DNA of 64,000 nucleotides from Candidatus Saccharimonadota bacterium (lineage in GTDB: Bacteria; Patescibacteriota; Saccharimonadia; Saccharimonadales; UBA10212). How positions within the stretch are numbered: the stretch's first letter is position 1; the number at the start of each line of letters is the position of its first letter. A program made the translations under genes and the position numbers. The notes below the pieces were generated by a model. It ran no database searches, was not told where the DNA came from, and saw only the letters and a list, made by a program, of their open reading frames with translations. The stretch covers positions 835-64,834 of the forward strand of contig JACPKF010000007.1 in assembly GCA_016187125.1 (NCBI GenBank). Reading direction: 5' to 3'. Shown in pieces: positions 18,546 through 26,683 of the stretch.

Positions 18546-18659
18546 ATTCTTTTGTTAGGACGGTTTAACACTAAATCCAGAGAAGATAATCTCTTCGATC
18601 TCTCAGGGTATAATTTGATTAAGGAGCCAGGTATAAATAACGACTTCATTTTGCCGGAA

Positions 18660-19646
18660 ATGCGATCAAGATTTTCTGAAATCCGTTTGGGATTTGAACA
18701 ACTTAAGATTATTGGCCTAGAAACTGGCGATCGTTTTTTTGAAACATATGGCCCAGGTAATTTAATTGAAGGAATGGATCGTCCATACGAAAGATTTCAC
18801 GACTACGAGCTGCTGCTAGTAATTATTCAGGGTATTGACCCAGATAAATACCTGCACATACATAAAGGTACACCTTTTTACTTTTTGGCTTGGTTGGCAT
18901 TTGCAATCAGGGATTACGAAAAGGCGGTATTTTATATGGACTCTGCGCTATCGGAAGACAAAAGAAAAAGCCCAACTGAGCAATTTTCTTCTTGGATACA
19001 AAACCCTGCTGGCAAATTTTTCTGCCTTAATCCAAAAGATCACACTGCGAGGATCATTACACAGCAGTTAAAGGACATACTAGAAAGTCAGTTTACGAGA
19101 TTCAATACAATTTCTAACTTGCCCACTCTGCTTAATGTTGATAGTTGGGTAGGAAATTTCGTACATCCTATGATAAAGGCGGAGAAGTTTCCTTTCGTAA
19201 CTTCAATTTATAGCTATCTTTTAGAGTTTAAAGACCGGCACCAGATGTTAAACCTCAAACCATTACTTGATGGATCTACCGAACCATATACAGTGCATCT
19301 TTTTAAGGGAGGTTTAATATTTGAATCTCTAATGAAACACTATTACGAATCTAGAGCCAAAAAACTCAGTGAATGCCTAAAGAATGAAGATTTTAAAAGG
19401 GACTTCTCTTTGAAATTAGTTGATACTTCAGCTAACAGCCTACGAGAAATACTTGATAAGATTATTGATAATACTGCAGCAACTAGCTTCAATACAACAT
19501 CAAAGCTTCGAAATACTACGGGGCACAAGCTAGTCTGGGATAAAGTCTTTAATCTGCCAGAAAACTACCAGAAACTGTTTGAGCAAGAACTTAACGCAAT
19601 TTTTTTCGTTATCGGGAAGCAAATTGAGAAAGGCCTAGCTATATAA
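18660..19646 (+). CDS. hypothetical protein with a C-terminal HEPN-like RNxxxH motif (AbiD/Abi_2-like signature)
   Basis: KLRNTTGHKLVWD resembles the hRNxxAHHxxLWN signature of Abi_2 HEPN proteins. The start is uncertain: the ORF extends to 18477 but overlaps repeat C. Confidence 0.45.
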   Translation: MRSRFSEIRLGFEQLKIIGLETGDRFFETYGPGNLIEGMDRPYERFHDYELLLVIIQGIDPDKYLHIHKGTPFYFLAWLAFAIRDYEKAVFYMDSALSEDKRKSPTEQFSSWIQNPAGKFFCLNPKDHTARIITQQLKDILESQFTRFNTISNLPTLLNVDSWVGNFVHPMIKAEKFPFVTSIYSYLLEFKDRHQMLNLKPLLDGSTEPYTVHLFKGGLIFESLMKHYYESRAKKLSECLKNEDFKRDFSLKLVDTSANSLREILDKIIDNTAATSFNTTSKLRNTTGHKLVWDKVFNLPENYQKLFEQELNAIFFVIGKQIEKGLAI

Positions 19647-19704
19647 AACTTACAGGATTTTGAATAAATCCAGCGAAAGTATGACCATTGGAGGAATATT
19701 CTCT

Positions 19705-20454
19705 TTATTCCTTTGTGAATGCTTGTTTGGCGATTTGAGGTGCAACAAATAGTTTGATTGTTTGCACGATATCTTCAATTTCGCTTTCCGTCATCTCAAT
19801 TTTCATGCCTTTTTTTATAAGACTTGATTGTTCTGCAGTTTTGACGGCTATTGTAGTGTTTTTCAGAATTGTGGGTTTGTTTAAGAGCATAGGCTTTCCG
19901 CCTACTAGATACTCCATATGATAAAGGTTCATCTTAATATCCTTTTGGGCAACACCTTTGTGATGTTCGATAGTGGATCGAAGATCGAAATACCCATCAA
20001 CTGCGTCAGCTAAAAATTTCTTCAGTTTTCCCAAAATAGCTATTTTCTGAGGTTTTGAAAGATGCCCATCCTTGCCAATCTTCTGTGCCTTCATAGATAT
20101 TTGCTGGCTTATGTATTCGTCGAGCTCGACTTTAGTATGGATATCTCTATCTACCTTCTGAGGCATGGAGCAGAGTTTTCTAATAGCAAGCAACTCATCA
20201 ATAAAATCATTAAAGGAACGAATAATTGAACAGTAGGCATTACGAATTTCATTTTGAGCAGCGATTGAACTATTAATTTGTCTAGTTATTGCTATATTCG
20301 TCGGGCTATTTTCAGAAAGTACTCCTCTCTCGGCATAGCCCCCGCTTTCAATAGAACGTAAAACGCTACGTAAAGACAGAAGTTGTTCATCGAGCCGGCG
20401 ATATAGTTGGTCAACGTAATGGTTAACATTGATATTAATATTCATCCCCCCCAT
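19705..20454 (-). CDS. hypothetical protein with an Rx4H motif (LRSTIEHH)
   Basis: Intact ORF convergent with the previous one. It contains a possible HEPN-type Rx4H motif. Start chosen at an internal Met. Confidence 0.4.
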   Translation of the reverse strand: MGGMNININVNHYVDQLYRRLDEQLLSLRSVLRSIESGGYAERGVLSENSPTNIAITRQINSSIAAQNEIRNAYCSIIRSFNDFIDELLAIRKLCSMPQKVDRDIHTKVELDEYISQQISMKAQKIGKDGHLSKPQKIAILGKLKKFLADAVDGYFDLRSTIEHHKGVAQKDIKMNLYHMEYLVGGKPMLLNKPTILKNTTIAVKTAEQSSLIKKGMKIEMTESEIEDIVQTIKLFVAPQIAKQAFTKE

Positions 20455-20602
20455 TCTATACCTACGGGTCTTTAAATAAATCCGGCAGAATAACACTTTA
20501 TGCGGCAGGTCTGGATTTGGGTTTGGGGAAGTAGCGGCGGAGACAAGGCAGATAGAAAACGGGTAATCCCACCCCGTTGGTACAAGTCCATGTAAAAGCG
20601 TG

Positions 20603-20632
20603 TTGACTTTTCAGGATACTTATTGTAAAAAT
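20603..20632 (+). promoter_or_regulatory. sigma-70-type promoter TTGACT-17-TAAAAA, 8 nt before the ATG
   Basis: TTGACT (20603-20608), 17-nt spacer, a TG-extended A/T-rich -10, then the ATG at 20640. Confidence 0.45.
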
Positions 20633-20639
20633 ATCAATT

Positions 20640-21257
20640 ATGAGCATCTCATCTCCAACGGATATGAAGGTATTTAACCCACGTGATCTTAATGGACAAC
20701 CTCAAACAGCGTTCATTGAAGCAACTAGGCAAGCTCATATGAGGTTTGGAGTATTCCCAGAATTCGTGGGTTTGGCGTTAAGAGGTTCTCTGACCAAGGG
20801 TTATTCAACTGAGGGCTCTGATGTTGACGCAATAATGCTGTGGGACTCATTTTTGTCTAGTCAAAAATTGGCTCTTCAAGAACTTGCGCAAGCTGACTTT
20901 AAGTTCATGGTGGATGGGACTCCAACAGTTAATCTACAAGCTGAAGACATAAATGTTGCAGTAATTTTAGAGGACGTTATGTATTATCCGTCCAAACTCT
21001 CTAATATTTTTCGGCCTGTAACAGGGAAAAAAGTAGATCTTTATAGAAAATACTGGGCAATTCACTTGGCTGGTTTGCCGGAGTCTGAAAGACAAATTAT
21101 AATTCGCGGAATGGCGATAAGCCTTGCAAGGGACGACCTTCTTGGGTGGAGTAAAATGGTTGAAAGAGTGTCATCTGTACCAGGTCCACAAGACTACCGT
21201 AGACATAGACTGGAACTCTGGCTTGGAAGACTAGACCACTTCTTAGCAGAGCAATAG
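20640..21257 (+). CDS. minimal nucleotidyltransferase (MNT/pol-beta superfamily) domain protein
   Basis: LRGSLTKGYSTEGSDVDAIML fits the GS-x10-DxD NTase signature. Confidence 0.65.
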   Translation: MSISSPTDMKVFNPRDLNGQPQTAFIEATRQAHMRFGVFPEFVGLALRGSLTKGYSTEGSDVDAIMLWDSFLSSQKLALQELAQADFKFMVDGTPTVNLQAEDINVAVILEDVMYYPSKLSNIFRPVTGKKVDLYRKYWAIHLAGLPESERQIIIRGMAISLARDDLLGWSKMVERVSSVPGPQDYRRHRLELWLGRLDHFLAEQ

Positions 21258-21355
21258 AGAAATATGTAAGTATAAGCCCGGTAGTAGACCTGCCTAGGGC
21301 GGACTCACTACCGGGTAAGCACCTAGTTTTTGTCGACATCCGTACCTAGGATTTA

Positions 21356-21958
21356 TTAAGGTTTTAGAATTACTCTTTTACTGTGTCCAGGAGAATGAGA
21401 TCTATCAAATCGCGCTATTGGAAACTCTGGAGTTCCGGATACCACTGCATCAGCAAACTCCATTAAATCTGAATCCTCGGGTGTATAACGAAAGGCCGCA
21501 ACCTTTCCTAAGTAGCGACTCACACCAAAGCCACTTGCTCTATGGCTCCTCCTCTCCAAAACGGCATAGCCGGTTTCTCCTAGGCCACGCTCGCCAAGGT
21601 CAGATAAACCAAATAAGTCTCTAATAGCTTCCCCTACCGGCCTTTCGGGCTGGTAGTGAAGCTCTGCTAGGTTAAAGTAGCCTAGCAACACATCTTTATT
21701 GGCGCCCATTGGTGTGAGGTCAACCCTATGGCGACCTACGCTAAAATCAGTATTTAAAACGCCCAGCTTAGGGTACTCTCTACTCCCATCATATTGGGCC
21801 ATAAAATTTGCAACTGAAGCTAGATGACCAACAGCTTGAAAACGCTCGAACAGAGCCCTCTCCGCTTCAGCAATATGAATAACTGGGAATCCCGCGTGGA
21901 ATTCAAGTGGTGGACTTTGAACACTCAAAACTCCTGATCTTTCTATAGTTTTTAGCAT
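21356..21958 (-). CDS. hypothetical protein (200 aa)
   Basis: Intact ORF. No motif recognised. Confidence 0.4.
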   Translation of the reverse strand: MLKTIERSGVLSVQSPPLEFHAGFPVIHIAEAERALFERFQAVGHLASVANFMAQYDGSREYPKLGVLNTDFSVGRHRVDLTPMGANKDVLLGYFNLAELHYQPERPVGEAIRDLFGLSDLGERGLGETGYAVLERRSHRASGFGVSRYLGKVAAFRYTPEDSDLMEFADAVVSGTPEFPIARFDRSHSPGHSKRVILKP

Positions 21959-22083
21959 ACTAACTCCTTTGAATAGATAATAGTCTAAAAAGCTAGGAAC
22001 GCAAGCATAAGCACCTCTGTTTTTTTGTTGAAATGAATGATGAAAATAATAAACAGGATATAATTATGTCCGAGCAGGAGTTT

Positions 22084-22902
22084 ATGAATATCCCAAATTT
22101 GAAGATGAATAACGAGCAGAAGATTCCGCAAGTTGGGCTGGGCCTTTGGATGAACAAAGACGGTGAGGCTTGCAGGCAATCAGTTAAATTCGCGCTGGAA
22201 GCCGGATATCGGCATTTTGATTCGGCTCAGGCTTATGATAATGAGCAATTTTTGGGTGAAGCTATCAAAAAGGGCGGGGTCCCGCGTGAAGAATTGTTTA
22301 TTACCACTAAAATCTTGAATGACAACCAGTGGTGGAACGATATTATTCCCAGTTTCGAAAAATCGCTGGAAAATTTACAGACGGACTACGTCGATTTACT
22401 GTTACTTCATTTTCCGGTCACCGAAACACGTCGGCCGGCTTGGCGCAGAATGGAAGAAATTTATAAATCCGGCCGGGCCAAATCCATCGGCGTTAGCAAT
22501 TATATGATCCATCATCTTGAGGAACTGCTAAAAGAAGGTGATATTAAACCGGCAGTTAACCAAGTTGAACTCCATGTCTTTCTGCAACAGCCAGAGCTAG
22601 TAAAGTTCTGCCAGAAAAACGACATCGTGGTTGAAGCTTATTCGCCGCTGGCTCACGGTAATGGAATGGATGACCCGGTGCTGGCTAGTATTGCCAAAAA
22701 ACACGGAAAATCCACGGCTCAAATTATGATCCGCTGGTGTATCGAGATGGGAACGGTGCCTCTGCCAAAATCGACTCATCAGGGACGTATAAAAGAGAAT
22801 ATTGATATTTTTAATTTTAAGCTTGATAAGCAAGACATGGCCGATATCGCCAAGCTTGACCGCGATTTTAGAACCTGCTGGGATCCAACTCACGTACCAT
22901 GA
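22084..22902 (+). CDS. aldo/keto reductase
   Basis: IPQVGLGLW, GYRHFDSAQAYDNE, LLLLHFP and AYSPLAHG are AKR signatures. The ORF extends to 22033 and the start was chosen by N-terminal length. Confidence 0.8.
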   Translation: MNIPNLKMNNEQKIPQVGLGLWMNKDGEACRQSVKFALEAGYRHFDSAQAYDNEQFLGEAIKKGGVPREELFITTKILNDNQWWNDIIPSFEKSLENLQTDYVDLLLLHFPVTETRRPAWRRMEEIYKSGRAKSIGVSNYMIHHLEELLKEGDIKPAVNQVELHVFLQQPELVKFCQKNDIVVEAYSPLAHGNGMDDPVLASIAKKHGKSTAQIMIRWCIEMGTVPLPKSTHQGRIKENIDIFNFKLDKQDMADIAKLDRDFRTCWDPTHVP

Positions 22903-23804
22903 TGACTACTCAAGATAACCAAAAATTTGTCGAGTTAATTAAGTCCCACGAGCCCACGGCTGGGGATATTGAGTTTGTAGAACATGGCTACGACAACATT
23001 GTGGCGGTTGTTGATCGCCAGAAAGTTTTCCGCTTTCCGCGAACCGAAGTTGATAAGTACCGTCTTTGGTTCGAGGCCGAGCTTTTACAAAAAATGGCTG
23101 GCAAAATACCTAAAACGCCGCGAGTTATTAGGCTCAATCAACGACCATTTTACGCAGTTTATAGCTATCTTCCGGGCAACCATCTAAGCGAGGAAGAGAT
23201 TGGCGGCTTATCTGCTAAAGACCAGGCGGAGATTGGCAATCAGTTAGCCGACTTTATAGCTAGCTTTAATAAACTTATTTCGCCCAGCGAAGTATTATCA
23301 CTGCGCAGCAGTTCAGGCCTAGCTGCCCAACCGGGTGAAGAAACTTGGCCAATTTATTTAAAACGGGTTCTTGGCGATTCTTCTTTCCCCAGCAACCCAA
23401 AAATCGAACAACTAGCTAAAGATTACTATCAAAAATGGCTAAATTTAAAAGACGATTTGCCAATAATTACCGTCCATGACGATTTACATGCCGGAAATTT
23501 ACTTTTTAGCGATGGCCAAATAAGCGGCATCTTTGATTTTGGCAATGCTAGCGCTGGTACGGCTACTCAAGAAATGCGCAACATATTGAGGTTGGGAGAC
23601 GATGTTTTACGAGCCTCAATAAGTCGTTACCAGGACTTAACAGGCCAGACAGTAGATCCGGAAAAAGCCCGTTTCTGGATGATTGTTAACGATCTAGCCT
23701 CTATTTGTCTGCGCCTATTAGACGGCAAAACAGATGCTCCTGGCTTTGCCCGGGCCCAAAAAAATCTAAAAAAATGGGGAGTAATAAGCGATGTGGCGGG
23801 ATAG
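22899..23804 (+). CDS. aminoglycoside/choline-kinase-type phosphotransferase (APH family)
   Basis: HDDLHAGNLLF and GIFDFGNA are the Brenner and DFG-like APH motifs. Confidence 0.75.
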   Translation: MMTTQDNQKFVELIKSHEPTAGDIEFVEHGYDNIVAVVDRQKVFRFPRTEVDKYRLWFEAELLQKMAGKIPKTPRVIRLNQRPFYAVYSYLPGNHLSEEEIGGLSAKDQAEIGNQLADFIASFNKLISPSEVLSLRSSSGLAAQPGEETWPIYLKRVLGDSSFPSNPKIEQLAKDYYQKWLNLKDDLPIITVHDDLHAGNLLFSDGQISGIFDFGNASAGTATQEMRNILRLGDDVLRASISRYQDLTGQTVDPEKARFWMIVNDLASICLRLLDGKTDAPGFARAQKNLKKWGVISDVAG

Positions 23805-24522
23805 AGCTGAAGCTGGGCAGGAACTAGCTGGAGCCCTTATGAAATATAAAGACAGGAACGCGGTGGTTTATGGGCTGCCGCGGGGCGGAGTAGTGGTAGC
23901 GGCCGAAGTTGCCCATGCACTTAACGCCCCTTTGGATCTGATTATTGCTAGAAAAATCGGTCATCCGGCTCACGCGGAATACGCCATCGCCGCCGTAACC
24001 GAGGACTCAGAACCTGTAGTAAATGAAGCAGAAGTTGCTTCGATTGGCAAAGACTGGTTTGAGCGAGCCCTAAAAGAACAAAGAGTCGAGGCCAAGCGCC
24101 GCCGGGAGCTTTATTTAGGTGGTCGCAGACATATTTCACCGAAAGGCAAAATCGCAATCGTGGTTGATGATGGTATAGCTACCGGTTTAACGCTCCAAGC
24201 GGCAATTAAGAGCTTAAAGCCCCGGCGTCCAGCTAAAATTGTGGTGGCCGTGCCAGTGGCGCCGGATGATACAGTAGCTGAAATAGAAGCTGAAGTAGAT
24301 GAGATGGTATGCTTGCATAAGGAAAAAGATTTTTTTGGCGCCGTTGGCAGCTATTATCAATTTTTTGAGCAAGTAGAAGACAGCGAAGTTATTGATCTTC
24401 TGCAAGAGTTTGATACGTACGACCCATTCGATAAAACTCAGGCTCGTCCTGAGCAACGTCGAACGGACGACGAGCTCAGTATCAATCCTGAGCATAGTCG
24501 AAGGATTGAAAATGAGCATTGA
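23791..24522 (+). CDS. phosphoribosyltransferase-family protein
   Basis: The PRPP loop IVVDDGIATGLT is present. The N-terminus RDRAEAGQELA..YGLPRGGVVVA is typical of putative PRTases. The C-terminal ~30 aa are encoded by F4 repeats. Confidence 0.7.
   Translation: MWRDRAEAGQELAGALMKYKDRNAVVYGLPRGGVVVAAEVAHALNAPLDLIIARKIGHPAHAEYAIAAVTEDSEPVVNEAEVASIGKDWFERALKEQRVEAKRRRELYLGGRRHISPKGKIAIVVDDGIATGLTLQAAIKSLKPRRPAKIVVAVPVAPDDTVAEIEAEVDEMVCLHKEKDFFGAVGSYYQFFEQVEDSEVIDLLQEFDTYDPFDKTQARPEQRRTDDELSINPEHSRRIENEH
24445..24508 (+). repeat. two tandem F4 hairpins forming the C-terminal tail of the PRTase
   Basis: The hairpins are cgtcctgagcaacgtcgaacggacg and caatcctgagcatagtcgaaggattg. Confidence 0.65.
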
Positions 24523-24538
24523 AGCCGTAATATTCGAC
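24512..24538 (+). pseudogene. displaced duplicate of the HAD-hydrolase 5' end (MSIEAVIFD)
   Basis: atg agc att gaa gcc gta ata ttc gac overlaps the stop of the upstream gene. It parallels the real start gtg att aaa gcc gtg ata ttt gac at 24630. Confidence 0.8.
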
Positions 24539-24611
24539 CCCAGCACCAAAATCTTGAAGCTCCATAATCTGATTGCAGACTACTTAAGCTCAGGATTTGG
24601 TGCGAGGCAAG
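24539..24611 (+). repeat. second copy of the F2 MITE-like element
   Basis: cccagcaccaaaatcttgaa ... tcaggatttggtgcgaggcaag has the same termini as 14853-14927. Confidence 0.8.
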
Positions 24612-24629
24612 TTGCTTTGGGGTATCGCA

Positions 24630-25202
24630 GTGATTAAAGCCGTGATATTTGACTGCTTCGGTGTCTTAACGAAGGATTGGTGGCGGGAATTTTGTGCCTC
24701 AGTACCGCCCGGCCCGGGTCTGCAAAAAGCCAAAGAGCTCAACCACCTCTATGACGCCGGACTTATAAGCTTGAAAGAATTTGTAGCCGGTGTTGAACAA
24801 GTCACGGGCCGTGAACCCCAACCGATCGAAGACATTTTTGCTAGTCCCGAGCCAATTAAAAACACTACTTTGCTTGAATATATAAAAAGCTTAAAAACTG
24901 GCTACAAGATTGGCATGATTAGCAACGTGGGCACTAATTGGGTGAGGGATTATTTTTTGAGCCCTGAGGAGCAAAGGCTTTTTGACGATATGGTGTTTTC
25001 TTTTGAGGTCGGAACTACCAAACCTGACCCCAGGATTTACGAGCTAGCTACCAAGCGTCTGGGCCTTAAGCCCCAGGACTGCGTTTTTATAGACGATATT
25101 GAAAGATATTGCGAAGCCGCTCGGGCCACAGGCATGAAGGCTATCCTATACAAAGACTTTGAACAGATGAAAACTGAGCTCGATAAGCTTCTTCAGGCCT
25201 GA
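24630..25202 (+). CDS. HAD-superfamily hydrolase (subfamily IA-like)
   Basis: Motif I AVIFDCFGVLT, later SNVG and the DD motif FIDDIERY. GTG start; the ORF track starts at 24597 inside the F2 element. Confidence 0.75.
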   Translation: MIKAVIFDCFGVLTKDWWREFCASVPPGPGLQKAKELNHLYDAGLISLKEFVAGVEQVTGREPQPIEDIFASPEPIKNTTLLEYIKSLKTGYKIGMISNVGTNWVRDYFLSPEEQRLFDDMVFSFEVGTTKPDPRIYELATKRLGLKPQDCVFIDDIERYCEAARATGMKAILYKDFEQMKTELDKLLQA

Positions 25203-25248
25203 CCTTTAGTTTTGAGTAATCACGAAAAGTTTGCTGGCAGATAGTAAA

Positions 25249-25288
25249 TTACCCCAAAAAGTGTCCGATCGGACACTTTTTGGGGTAA
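25249..25288. terminator. bidirectional hairpin terminator, perfect 40-nt palindrome centred on CCGATCGG
   Basis: ttaccccaaaaagtgtccga|tcggacactttttggggtaa lies between convergent genes. Confidence 0.7.
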
Positions 25289-25305
25289 AATCATACTTTG
25301 ATTAA

Positions 25306-25557
25306 CTAAGAACTGTTTCTGATAACTAATTTTTTACCACCCAAATTACACTTTTTTATAAGTAGTTGTTTTTCCAGCTGCAAGGTGGCGGCCAGGCCCG
25401 AGCCAGGCACACTCAGGATAAAAGCTTCACGCTCTAATTTAACTTTGCAGCTGACGTTATATTTCCGCCGAACGTAATCTTTAATTACTGCCATTTCGTC
25501 CGGTGGCAAGGCTATTTTTCGACTACCTAAAATTTTCCTTAAGCTTTCCACACTCAT
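25306..25557 (-). CDS. DUF721/DciA-like small protein
   Basis: An ~83-aa basic protein whose layout resembles DUF721. Start at the internal Met, with TGcTATACT 6 nt upstream. Confidence 0.45.
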   Translation of the reverse strand: MSVESLRKILGSRKIALPPDEMAVIKDYVRRKYNVSCKVKLEREAFILSVPGSGLAATLQLEKQLLIKKCNLGGKKLVIRNSS

Positions 25558-25651
25558 GCTGCCAGTATAGCAATATAGATCAGCTGAACCCCCCAATTTA
25601 TCTGAAAAAAAGATTGCTAAAATAGCTAATCTGTGCTATAATTTACTAACC

Positions 25652-26638
25652 GTGACACAAAATCCAAATAATTTAGGATCTACCACTTTACCGGAAAATT
25701 TTGCCGGCCAAGTTGAATTAAGAACGTCTTTTGGCGAACAAGGGTCAGTAAGTTACAAAATTTTTCAAGGCGATAACAGTAAACCACCGGTTTTTATTGT
25801 TCCGGGTTTTCCCTTAGGCACTACGCAACTTGATAACTTTGCAGCTACGCTTAACAGATTAGGCAACAGAACAGTTATTTCACCTAACGAAATAGATTTG
25901 AAGGGCTTCAATGCGCCAACAGTAGAGAAAGAGGCAGATTTATACTTAGGTATAATCCAGCGAGAGGGGTTGGCTGATAGTGATGTTCAAGTCGTAACCC
26001 ATTCTTACGGCGCTGCGGTCTTTTCGAAAATGGCTGAACAAGCCGACAATAAAATTATTGGATGTTTCAAAGGCGAACATTCACGTGTGGTTATGATTGC
26101 TCCAGTTGGTACAACCAGTGAAGAAAAGTTTCCAAAGCTAGCCAAACGACTCGGTCGGTTCTTAAAAACAGGCGTGTCAAATGGCATTATTTCCGACGTT
26201 TTGCTGGCCCCTAGTAGACCGAGTTTATATAAAGAAAATATTAGAACAATTGTAGCTCATCCATGGAAAACTGCGGGTGAAATTCGGGCAATTAAAAAAA
26301 CCAAACTTGATTTTGAAAAATTAGGTCAGCTTGCCTGTTCACCAGACATCTTAATTTACCCGGTTGATCCAATGTTCGGCGAGAGCGTGCCAGAGGTAAA
26401 AGAGGGAATAGAAGCTCAAGCTGAACATATTGCTGGTGTTAGTATGCCAGTAAGAATAGGTGAAAATCTAGCATATCCATATGCAAGCGAAACTTGGTCT
26501 TATAAAAACGGACTAAGGACAATCTCACGTTCGAGCCATCTTGCCAGGCATGATGAACTTATAATGGATCCTGAAAGTACAGCTGGCGCTGTGCTAAATT
26601 GTCTTGAGCCTGATAGGCTTTTAAAAAACATAGACTAA
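25652..26638 (+). CDS. alpha/beta-hydrolase-fold protein
   Basis: Nucleophile-elbow-like VVTHSYGAAVF with a lipase/esterase-like layout. Confidence 0.5.
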   Translation: MTQNPNNLGSTTLPENFAGQVELRTSFGEQGSVSYKIFQGDNSKPPVFIVPGFPLGTTQLDNFAATLNRLGNRTVISPNEIDLKGFNAPTVEKEADLYLGIIQREGLADSDVQVVTHSYGAAVFSKMAEQADNKIIGCFKGEHSRVVMIAPVGTTSEEKFPKLAKRLGRFLKTGVSNGIISDVLLAPSRPSLYKENIRTIVAHPWKTAGEIRAIKKTKLDFEKLGQLACSPDILIYPVDPMFGESVPEVKEGIEAQAEHIAGVSMPVRIGENLAYPYASETWSYKNGLRTISRSSHLARHDELIMDPESTAGAVLNCLEPDRLLKNID

Positions 26639-26683
26639 TTTTAACGCTGGCTAAGAAGTTTATGCGCTATATATAATTAGTAA

